Source: Eledone cirrhosa (taxonomy: Eukaryota). Taken from it: 64,000 bases of DNA. Positions within the stretch are counted from its first letter, which is position 1. Each line of letters opens with the position of its first letter. The notes under the pieces are model-generated. The model made no database searches. It was not told the origin of the DNA and was given only the letters and a program-made list of their open reading frames with translations. The DNA is taken from contig OZ024740.1 in NCBI GenBank assembly GCA_964016885.1, positions 38,378,001 to 38,442,000 on the forward strand, written 5' to 3'. This document shows, piece by piece, positions 38,171 through 50,800 of the stretch. The translations under genes were made by a program, and so were the position numbers.

Positions 38171-41100
38171 ATCATCATCATCATCATCATCGTTTAACGT
38201 CCATGTTCCACGCTTGCATGGGTTTGGACGGGAGTTTTCCCACTTGAGGCAAGAGTGGTTGTCTTGCTCGCATAGGACTGTCTGGCGGGTTTTCTACAGC
38301 TGGATGCCCTTCCTAACACCAACCACATTTACAGTGTGGGACTGGGAGGTTTTTACCGTGTTGCCTACACGGCCACATTACAGCGTGGACTATGTTTTTT
38401 TGTTGTGACACCTACACGATCTCATTTGTTTCGGCCTGGATGTTGTGGCACCAACATAACTTTACATTGAAAGGGGCGGTGTGGATGGGGTGGGGGCAGT
38501 GGGAAGGGGTGTATTTTGTTTGAGATGCCTACTGACTGTAGTAGGTTTTACTTTGTATTTAGGTAAGGCGGGTCTTCTCTATTACTGAGTACTGCCAAAG
38601 ATCTCGGTCCAGTGACATTGTCTTGGAGAGGTGTAAGTGTGTGAGGTCGGAATTTATCAGGTCGTCCCAGGTTTTTCTGGGTCTGCCTACTCCGTGGCTA
38701 CCGTCTATCTTTATTGCCCTGCACTTTTTTATACAGCTGTCATCTTTCATGCGCATCACGTGACCATACCAACGTAGCCTTCTCTCGAGTAAACATCTGA
38801 TCCCTCTTATTTCTAATTTTTCCCTTAGTTCGTTTATGCTTTGCCTTCGCGTATATTACTGTTACACATCCAGCGGAGCATGCAAGCTTCGTTCCTCTCT
38901 AGTCTGCGTATATCCTCTGCACACAATGCCCAAGTCTCACTGCCATGCAACATTGCTGTTCGTATGCAGGCATCATACAGCCTGCCTTTCATTTTTAGGG
39001 AGAACCCTTTAGCGGCTAATAGTGGTATAAGCTCTCTGAACTTTTTCCATCCAGTTCTGACTCTAGCTACTGTACTTTCAGAGCACCCTCCCCCACTGCT
39101 GATTTTGTCACCCAGGTAACGGAAGCTGTCCACTATTTCTATAGAACTCTCTGCACAATTGAAAGAGCTAGTATTTTGTGGGCACTTGCTGCTACTTATT
39201 GCACCAGAGCACCGGCCACATGTAAAATCTATGTTCTTAGTTAGCTTACCTGTAATCCCACTACATCTTTTATGCACCCATACTTTGCATTTGGGACATA
39301 AAATGGAGTTTCTACCTACGCCTTTCCTACACACTGAGCATGGCCATTTCCCGGAAGGGACCGGCGCCGTATTTTCTTTCCTACAAACTAGAACTTTAGT
39401 CTTAGCCAGGTTAATTTTAAGGCCTTTTGATTCTAGGCCGTGCTTCCATGTTTGGAATTTCTTCTCTAGCTCGGCCATTGATTCAGCTATGAGCGTTAGA
39501 TCATCTGCGTATAGGAGTTCCCATGGGCATCCGGTCTTGAACTCCTCTGTTATAGCCTGAAGGGCAATAATAAATAGTAGGGGGCTAAGAACGGAGCCCT
39601 GATGAACACCAACTTTTACACTAAACTCTTCACTATATTCGTTGTTAATTCTAACCTTGCTCACTGTTTCTTTATACATGGCTTGTATAGTTCTCACAAG
39701 CTATTCATCAACACCTAGTTTTCTAAGAGCCCACCAGATAATGGAACGGGGGACTCTGTTGGAGGCTTTCTCTAAGTCGACAAAAGCTATGTATAGGGGT
39801 TTACTTTTAGCTAGGTACTTCTCCTGTAGTTGTCGTACAATGAAAAGAGCGTCTGTGGTACTTTTGCCTGACACAAACCCGAACTGCATTTCATCTAGAT
39901 CAATTCTCTCTCTGATTAGTTGCGCTATTACTTTTTCCGTGACCTTCATGACCTGGTCGATTAATTTAATGCCTCTATAGTTACTCCTATCTAGGGCGTC
40001 TCCTTTACCCTTGTAGCAGTTAATGATGATGCTGCTATGCCAGTCCTTTGGAACAACCCCATTCTGTATGACTTGGTTTACTATCCGGGTGACCATGGTG
40101 TGTCCCACCGTTCCAGAGGCTTTCAGCATCTCAGCAACTATTTCTGAAGGCCCAGCCGCCTTACCCGTCTTCATATCTTTGATTGCCTTACTTATTATAC
40201 TACTTTCGACTAACACTGCTGGTCTCTCTATTGGGTCGATGTGGGGGAGACTGTCTTTCTCCCATTTATTCTCCTCATTTAGTAGCCTTTCGTAGTGACA
40301 CTTCCAAGCTACCTTCTTATCAGCGTCAGTGATGGCAAGTATGCCATCATCATTAAGTACACACTTCTCCCCAACAATATCACGGTTTTCCTTGACGCAT
40401 TGCCTAGCAATCCTGAACACCTCACGCTTTTGGTCCTCGCGTTGTAGAACATGCTTGAACTTTCTTTCCTCTGCTTCCCTTCTTGCGAAGTACACTTGTC
40501 TCCTAGCTTCCCTCCTGGCCACTTGATAGTCTTCTCTACTTCCCCCATCCCGCCATACTTTCCAAGCCTGCTTTTTGGCCTTAATTGACTCCTCCACCTT
40601 ACTGTTCCACCACCATGTTACTCTCCTCCTGCCTACAGGCCTGCTCCAGCCACAGACTTCGTCTGCCGCCATCAACAGGTTTGCTTTCAGGAATTCCCAC
40701 TGTTCCTCTATATTGTACGACTCTAATTGTTCTTCCTTACTGTCGAAAGCATCAAGTAATATGCTTTGAAATTTATTTCTGGCTGTGGGGTCCTTTAGCT
40801 TCCATATTTTTCCCCTGAGGATAATCCTCTTCTGCTGTCTAGTACGTCTCGTCCTGACTATGAGGTCGCTAATTATCAGTCTATGTTGGGAGGTGCATTC
40901 TTCAGGGGGGAGGGATTTAGTGTTTACAACAGACACTCTGTCACGTCTTCTGGTAAGGATATAATCTACCTGGCTGGTATGTTCTCCTGATCTGTAGGTG
41001 ATCAAGTGATTGTCTCATTTTTTGAGGTTAGTGTTACAGATAGTAAGGTTATTTGCATCACAGAATTCCAGGATTCTGGAGCCTTCCTCGTTTCTAGTAC

Positions 41101-42566
41101 CAAACCCATAGCCTCCATGGATTTCGTCGTAGCCGTCACAATGTTGTCCAACGTGGCTATTTAGGTCGCCAGCAATAATTATATAGTCACTGTCGGTTAT
41201 TTGGGAGGTAGTGAGCATCAGTGTCTCATAGAATCTGTCTTTTATAACGCCAGGCAGTCCGGATTGGGGCGCGTATGCAGATATTACTGTCACAGTAGTT
41301 CTATTTAGAACAAGTCTTATTTTAATTATTCTGTCATTTACTCTATTTACATCTATTATCTTATCCACCCATTTTTCTGCTAACATGATTCCTACCCCAC
41401 CTATCCCATTGTCATTTCCCACCCAGAAAAGCTTATAGCAACGTTTTTTACCCACAATGAATCTAGCAGACCCACCCCTCCACCTGGTCTCTTGGATACA
41501 GCAAACATCAACCTCCTTATGTTCAAGCATTTCTACAACCTCGTTAGAGCGACCTTTTAAGGTGCCTACATTCATGGTACCAACTCTGAAGTTTTGGATT
41601 GTGTTTGGAGGATGGGGCGCAGGGAGGGGTGAGGAGGATGGGGCGCAGGGAGTGGTGAGGAGGATGGGGGTTGAGGTTATGTTGGCCATCCGTGGCTGAA
41701 ACAAAGAGGAGGGGGCCTTGCCCTTTCGTCCGGCAGCATGAGGTGAATTTGTTGTTATCTTTGGCATTGTCATCGAGTGTCCCGATTCTTCAGACTCTCC
41801 AGAAAATTCCTTAGTCCATCCATCATATCGAAAAGCAGCCAGAAGTGATAGCATAGGCCGTTGACTTGTGATTGATCCAAATGGGGGTGGGAGGGAGGGG
41901 TATGGGGTAGTTAGCAAAGAGAAGATTATTTAGAACAATATGAATGAATGGACCGATAGGCTGGAGAGAGATAAGAAAAATGGCATTTACATTATACTTC
42001 GCAGGGAACAACGAGGTCTGACTATTTATAAGTGTTGACAAATTCTGAGATTCGTACCTCGCAACAGGTTTATTTATATTTGGTGAGAGAAAGGAGTGAT
42101 TGAAAGGGTGAACTAGCTGACGCGTAATACGATATAGTGGGGCCGGGGGTAAAGGATAAGAGGGACAATGAGGTCATTTTATAAATCCTAGAATTTTTTT
42201 CAGCCAAAATTAAACAAACAAGATTGTTATTTTAGAAAAACAAATGGGGTAGTTAGCGAGAGGTTTTAAATGAAATCTTCGAATTTTGGGCATAATTGGG
42301 GAAGCATATAACAGTAATAATAAGCGAATAATGGGGTTTTTAAAATACAAGAAGATTATTTAGAAACAACCAGACAGAATTATAGAATAGCATTGAGAGA
42401 GAGCAAAAGATTTGGATTCTGGGCGATGATACGGATATATGAATGAATGGACCGATAGCAAAGAGAAGATTATTTAGAACAATATGAATGAATGGACCGA
42501 TAGGCTGGAGAGAGATAAGAAAAATGGCATTTACATTATACTTCGCAGGGAACGACGAGGTCTGAT
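38171..42566 (-). mobile_element. RTE-clade LINE, copy 2 (near full length; APE plus RT with PHD insert; inactivated)
   Basis: VGTMNVGTL, CCIQETRW, ISAYAPQ, FVDLEKA, GVHQGSVLSPLLF, LLYADDL. (CAT)n tail at 38171-38190. TAG at 39701, frameshifts near 41015 and 38845. A ~110-bp direct repeat in the 5' region (41913-42021 vs 42457-42565). Confidence 0.95.
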
Positions 42567-42567
42567 G

Positions 42568-42877
42568 TACGATATTAACAAATGGAAACTATATTTATAA
42601 AACCATATTTATTTCATTATACATATTCCAAGGACACCAAGTTAAATTATGGTGTGCTTTCATCAGACAAAATATAATATAGATCAGTTTTATAAATAAA
42701 TATTGACATACCCTTAAAAAATGCAACCATTACTGTTGTCAATATTTATTTATAAAACTGATCTATATTATATTTTGTCTGATGAAAGCACACCATAATT
42801 TAACTTGGTGTCCTTGGAATATGTATAATGAAATAAATATGGTTTTATAAATATAGTTTCCATTTGTTAATATCGTA
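42568..42877. repeat. Fold-back element (~141-bp arms), same family as 11449-11808, with hammerhead-like motifs in both arms
   Basis: 42568-42708 is the reverse complement of 42737-42877. TATTTTGT-CTGATGA-AAGCACACCA...TGGTGTCCTT-GGAA-TATGTAT-A-ATGAAATA at 42771-42835. The downstream tail (TACTCC...GTTGAGTGCTT) is shared with 11811-11853. Confidence 0.9.
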
Positions 42878-44855
42878 TGTTTACTCCAAATACTTGTTGA
42901 GTGCTTTATATCAGTTATAAAAATATTTGCTTGATGTATCCCAACAATTTAAATAGAACTTTTGCATATATATATATATATATGTATTTATGTTTGTATA
43001 TATATATAAATATGTAATGTATGTATACATATATGTAACGCATGTATATATATATGTAATGTATGTGTGTGTGTGTATGTGTGTTATATTTTATTTACAT
43101 AGATTATCAAATCAAAGGATTAATGATTAACAGAAAGTAATCAGAGAGAAAAAAAAAGGAAGAATAAGGTGCAAGACCATGCATACTCAATCACACCCCC
43201 ACAACAAAAGGATACTGGGGTTTCTCTCTAATAATTCTTAAAACAAGCCAACATACTCATAGTATTGCCACAGGTGGTAGTAATCAATCATATAACTGAA
43301 AGGTATACATTTATTAGGAGGCTGTCCAAATAATGTATAGAAATGAAAATTCAATGTTAGAGTTATATTTTCTAAAATACATTATTGTAATGATAAATAA
43401 CTATTCTGAAGTGCTTTATTCTGCATAAGGTTAGGAATGTTATTATGAAGAATATGTCATAACTGAAATAAAGAATGCAGTTATAAAGGTATTTGTTTGA
43501 TACAGATGTTATTAGAAGAGATAAATATAGTAGTAAGTAGTTTGTTTAGGTAATCATAGTAGAATATCATAAGAAGACAAAGAAGTGAATTAATGTAAGG
43601 CAGGTAATCAGAAAAGAATGTTGTCATAAGAGGTTTAGTTGTAAAGACAGGTCATTGAAAGCTAAGTACAGTAGCAATTGGAAATTAATATCGTCCTGTA
43701 ATTAGATTACACAAACACAATTACAACGTAACTACATATGCAGAGAAATGTCAAAAGTGATAAATGTAGGGACAGATATTTTCATTCTTTTACAGTGATT
43801 ATCAATAGAGAAAAATATATTGGCACTTGTGCTTGGTTTGTGACTGATAGAATGATTATTAATAGAGGAAAATATGTTGGTACTTGTGGCTGGTTATCAG
43901 ATAATGAGCTAAAAGAATGCATTGAGAGGAAGAGTATTGCTTCCAAATTGCATTCATTTATAGATTAGATACATATTTATGCAAGTTGTTAATCTTAATA
44001 GAGAGAAGAGAGAAAGAAGAGTCTAACTCATACTGATAGTACAGCTCAGTAAGTTTTAACAAAACATTAGCAGAACTTCTCTTTCAACAACAAACAGCTC
44101 AGTAGTTTTAACATAAACTGTAGTTTGTGGATATTTAAAACATCTACTTCCTTAGCAGAATTTCTCTTTCAACAACAAACAGCTCAGGAGGTCTTAACAA
44201 AAGCTGTTTGAAAGATTGGAAATTAGATAGAAGTAGAAAACTGGAGAAAAGAAAACTTAAAATATAATAATGCACAACTAGAAAGGACTTAGAGATATAA
44301 ACTGCTTAATATACATAATATTGTTATGATCAATTTTGGTTTTAAATATTGTATTTTGAAAGTAGAGTAAATCCACTTCAGAATATAAGCTATAATTCAT
44401 ATGGTTGCTTTATAAACACACCAAACATACACTGAATTAAAGGCTCATATATTGTACATAGAGTCAATATAATATTTGTATTAATGATGACTGTGTATTT
44501 TGAAGTTTTGCAGATGATACTAGCTTATTAAAACTCTGTTGATGAGCTGATAACATCAACAAAACTTTAAAGTAAAATCACCATTGTCAAGAAATGTTAT
44601 ATCTTAGCATAGAATAAAGTAGAAATATGATAAAAATAATAAAAATACAGAAAAATTATTAGTACTTTCTTCTTTAGTCAATAAATGGAGCAATGTTATC
44701 AATTAGAAACATAAACTTTGTCTTTTGGGCATGTTTTTATTCTTAGTTTAGTTGTTTCCCATTTTTGACAGTTATATATAGAATTTATTAGAAATTTCAA
44801 TTTGTATTTTTTACATTTTGAAACAGAATCTTGCTCTTCATGGTGCAACTTGGAG

Positions 44856-47800
44856 TACACCTAGCTATATCTTATAGTGCACCTAATTACATCTCACAGT
44901 GTACCTAGCTATATCTTATAGTGCACCTAATTACATCTCACAGAGTACCTAGCTATATCTTATAGTGCACCTAATTACATCTCACAGTGTACCTAGCTAT
45001 ATCTTATAGTGCACCTAATTACATCTCACAGTGTACCTAGCTATATCTTATAGTGCACCTAATTACATCTCACAGTGTACCTAGCTATATCTTATAGTGC
45101 ACCTAATTACATCTCACAGTGTACCTAGCTATATCTTATAGTGCACCTAATTACATCTCACAGTGTACCTAGCTATATATTATAGTGCACCTAATTACAT
45201 CTCACAGTGTACCTAGCTATATATTATAGTGCACCTAATTACATCTCACAGTGTACCTAGCTATATATTATAGTGCACCTAATTACATCTCACAGTGTAC
45301 CTAGCTATATCTTATAGTGCACCTAATTACATCTCACAGTGTACCTAGCTATATCTTATAGTGCACCTACTTACATCTCACAGTGTACCTAGCTATATCT
45401 TATAGTGCACCTAATTACATCTCACAGTGTACCTAGCTATATCTTATAGTGCACCTAATTACATCTCACAGTACACCTAGCTATATCTTATAGTGCACCT
45501 AATTACATCTCACAGTGTACCTAGCTATATCTTATAGTGCACCTAATTACATCTCACAGTACACCTAGCTATATCTTATAGTGCACCTAATTACATCTCA
45601 CAGTACACCTAGCTATATCTTATAGTGCACCTAATTACATCTCACAGTGTACCCAGCTATATCTTATAGTGCACCTAATTACATCTCACAGTGTACCTAG
45701 CTATATCTTATAGTGCACCTAATTACATCTCACAGTGTACCTAGCTATATCTTATAGTGCACCTAATTACAGCTCACAGTGTACCTAGCTATATCTTATA
45801 GTGCACCTAATTACATCTCCCAGTGTACCTAGCTATATCTTATAGTGCACCTAATTACATCTCACAGTGTACCTAGCTATATCTTATAATGCACCTAATT
45901 ACATCTCACAGTGCACCTAATTACAGCTCACAGTGCACCTAGTTACATCTTATGGTACACCTAATTACATCTCACAGTGTACCTAGCTATATCTTATAGT
46001 GCACCTAATTACATCTCACAGTGTACCTAGGTATATCTTATAGTGCACCTAATTACATCTCACAGAGTACCTAGCTATATCTTATAGTGCACCTACTTAT
46101 ATCTCACAGTGTACCTAGCTATAACTTATAGTGCACCTAATTACATCTCACAGTGTACCTAGCTATATCTTATGGTACACCTAATTACATCTCACAGTGT
46201 ACCTAGTTATATCTTATAGTGCACCTAATTACATCTCACAGTATACCTAGCTATATCTTATGGTGCACCTAATTACATCTCACAGTGTACCTAGCTATAT
46301 CTTATAGTGCACCTAATTACATCTCACTGTGCACCTAGCTATATCTTATAGTACACCTAATTACATCTCACACTGTACCTAGCTATATCTTATAGTGCAC
46401 CTAATTATATCTCACAGTGTACCAAGCTATATCTTATAGTGCACCTAATTACATCTCAGTGTACCTAGCTATATCTTATGGTACACCTAATTACATCTCA
46501 CAGTACACCTAGCTATATCTTATAGTACACCTAATTACATCTCACAGTGTACCTAGCTATATCTTATAGTGCACCTAATTACATCTCACAGTGTACCTAG
46601 CTATATCTAATAGTGCACCTAATTACATCTCACAGTGTACCTAGCTATATCTTATGGTACACTTAATTACATCTCACAGTACACCTAGCTATATCTTATA
46701 GTGCACCTAATTACAGCTCACAGTGTACCTAGCTATATCTAATAGTGCACCTAATTACATCTCACAGTGTACCTAGCTATATCTTATAGTGCACCTAATT
46801 ACATCTCACAGTGTACCTAGCTATATCTGATAGTGCACCTAATTACATCTCACAGTGCATCTAGCTATATCTTATAGTACACCTAATTACATCTCACAGT
46901 GTACCTAGCTATATCTTTTAGTGCACCTAATTACATCTCACAGTGTACCTAGCTATATCTGATAGTGCCCCTAATTACATCTCACAGTGCACCTAGCTAT
47001 ATCTTATAGTACACCTAATTACATCTCACAGTATACCTAGCTATATCTTTTAGTGCACCTAATTACATCTCACAGTGTACCTAGCTATATCTTATAGTGC
47101 ACCTAATTACATCTCACAGTGTACCTAGCTATATCTGATAGTGCACCTAATTACATCTCACAGTGCACCTAGCTATATCTTATAGTACACCTAATTACAT
47201 CTCACAGTGTACCTAGCTATATCTTTTAGTGCACCTAATTACATCTCACAGTGTACCTAGCTATATCTGATAGTGCCCCTAATTACATCTCACAGTGCAC
47301 CTAGTTACATCTTATGGTACACCTAATTACATCTCACAGTACACCTAGCTGTATCTTATAGTGCACCTAATTACAGCTCACAGTGTACCTAGCTATATCT
47401 TATAGTGCACCTGATTATATCTCACAGTGTACCTAGTTATATCTTATAGTGCACCTAAATACATCTCACAGTGCACCTAGTTACATCTTATGGTACACCT
47501 AATTACATCTCACAGTACACCTAGCTATATCTTATAGTGCACCTAATTACAGCTCACAGTGTACCTAGCTATATCTTATAGTGCACCTAATTACATCTCA
47601 CAGTGTACCTAGCTATATATTATAGTGCACCTAATTACATCTCACAGTGTACCTAGCTATATCTTATAGTGCACCTAATTACATCTCACAGTGTACCTAG
47701 CTATATCTTATAGTGCACCTAATTACATCTCACAATGTACCTAGCTATATCTTATAGTGCACCTAATTACATCTCACAGTGTACCCAGCTATATCTTATA

Positions 47801-50800
47801 GTGCACCTAATTACATCTCACAATGTACCTAGCTATATCTTTTAGTGCACCTAATTACATCTCACAGTGTACCTAGCTATATCTTATAGTGCACCTAATT
47901 ACATTTCACAGTGCACCTAGTTACATCTTATGGTACACCTAATTAAATCTCACAGTACACCTAGCTATATCTTATAGTGCACCTAATTACATCTCACAGT
48001 ACACCTAGCTATATCTTATAGTGCACCTAATTACATCTCACAATGTACCTAGCTATATCTTATAGTGCACCTAATTACATCTCACAGTGTACCCAGCTAT
48101 ATCTTATAGTGCACCTAATTACATCTCACAATGTACCTAGCTATATCTTATGGTGCACCTAATTACATCTCACAGTGTACCTAGCTGTATCTTATGGTGC
48201 ACCTAATTACATCTCACAGTGCACCTAGTTACATCTTATAGTACACCTAATTACAACCCACAGTGCACATAATTACATCTCACAGTACACCTAGTTACAT
48301 CTTATGGTGCACCTAATTACATCTCATAGTACACCTAGTTACATCTTATGGTGCACCTAATTACATCTCACAGTGCACCTAGTTACATATTATAGTACAC
48401 CTAGTTACATCTTATGGTGCACCTAGTTACATCTTATGGTACACCTAATTACATCTCACAGTGTACCTAGCTATATCTTATAGTGCACCTAATTACATCT
48501 CACAGTGTACCTAGCTATATCTTATAGTGCACCTAATTACATCTTACAGTGTACCTAGCTATATCTTATAGTACACCAAGTTACATCTCACAGTGTACCT
48601 AGCTATATCTTATAGTGCACCTAATTACATCTCACAGTGTACCTAGCTATATCTTATAGTGCACCTAATTACATCTCACAGTGTACCTAGCTATATCTTA
48701 TAGTGCACCTAATTATATCACACAGTGTACCTAGTTATATCTTATAGTGCACCTAATTACATCTCACAGTGTACCTAGATATATCTTATAGTGCACCTAA
48801 TTACATCTCACAGTGTACCTCGCTATATCTTATAGTGCACCTAATTACATCTCACAGTGTACCTAGCTATATCTTATAGTGCACCTAATTACATCTCACA
48901 GTGCTCCTAGTTACATCTTATGTTACACCTAATTACATCTCACAGTGTACCTAGCTATAAGCTTAGAGTGCACCTAATTACATCTCACAGTACACCTAGC
49001 TATATCTTATGGTGCACCTAATTACATCTCACAGTGTACCTAGCTATATCTTATAGTGCAACTAATTACATCTCACAGTGCACCTAGTTACATATTATAG
49101 TACACCTAGTTACATCTTATGGTGCACCTAGTTACATCTTATGGTACACCTAATTACATCTTACAGTGTACCTAGCTATATCTTATAGTGCACCTAATTA
49201 CATCTCAGAGTGTACCTAGCTATATCTTATAGTGCACCTAATTACATCTCACAGTGCACCTAGCTATATCTTATAGTGCACCTAATTACATCTCAGAGTG
49301 TACCTATCTATATCTTATAGTGCACCTAATTACATCTCACAGTGTACCTAGCTATATCTTATAGTGCACCTAATTACATCTCACAGTGTATCCAGCTATA
49401 TCTTATAGTGCACATAATTACATCTCACAGTGTACCTAGTTATATCTTATAGTGCACCTAATTACAGCTCACAGTGTACCTAGCTATATCTTATAGTGCA
49501 CCTAATTACATCTCACAGAGTACCTAGCTATATCTTATAGGGCACCTAATTACATCTCACAGTGCACCTAGTTACATCTTATGGTACACCTAATTACATC
49601 TCACAGTACACCTAGCTATATCTTATAGTGCACCTAATTACATCTCACAGTGTAGCTAGCTATATATTATAGTGCACCTAATTACATCTCACAGTACACC
49701 TAGCTATATCTTATAGTGCACCTAATTACATCTCACAGTGTACCTAGCTATATATTATAGTGCACTTAATTACATCTCACAGTACACCTAGCTATATCTT
49801 ATAGTGCACCTAATTACATCTCACAGTGTAGCTAGCTATATCATATAGTGCACCTAATTACATCTCACAGTGTACCTAGCTATATCTTAAAGTACACCTA
49901 ATTACATCTCACAGTGTACCTAGCTATATCTTATAGTGCACCTAATTATATCTCACAGTGTACCTAGCTATAACTTATAGTGCACCTAATTACATCTCAC
50001 AGTGTACCTAGCTATATCTTATAGTGCACCTAATTATATCTCATAGTGTACCTAGCTATATCTTATAGTGCACCTAATTATATCTCACAGTGTACCTAGC
50101 TATATCTTATTGTGCACCTAATTACATCTCACAGTGTACCCAGCTATATCTTATAGTGCACCTAATTACATCTCACAGTGTACCTAGCTATATCTTATAG
50201 TGCACCTAATTACATCTCACAGTGTACCTAGCTATATCTTATAGTGCACCTAATTACATCTCACAGTGTACCTAGCTATATCTTATAGTGCACCTAATTA
50301 CAGCTCACAGTGTACCTAGCTATATCTTATAGTGCACCTAATTACATCTCCCAGTGTACCTAGCTATATCTTATAGTGCACCTAATTACATCTCACAGTG
50401 TACCTAGCTATATCTTATAATGCACCTAATTACATCTCACAGTGCACCTAATTACATCTCACAGTGCACCTAGTTACATCTTATGGTACACCTAATTACA
50501 TCTCACAGTGTACCTAGCTATATCTTATAGTGCACCTAATTACATCTCACAGTGTACCTAGCTATATCTTATAGTGCACCTAATTACATCTCACAGAGTA
50601 CCTAGCTATATCTTATAGTGCACCTACTTATATCTCACAGTGTACCTAGCTATAAATTATAGTGCACCTAATTACATCTCACAGTGTACCTAGCTATATC
50701 TTATAGTGCACCTAATTACATCTCACTGTGCACCTAGCTATAACTTATAGTGCACCTAATTACATCTCACAGTGCACCTAGTTATATCTTATAGTGCACC

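Noticed and set aside
43255-43305. Possible minus-strand micro-exon (ctttcag|...|gtatgt)
   Set aside because: No SLC6 similarity; splice-like motifs are expected by chance in AT-rich DNA.
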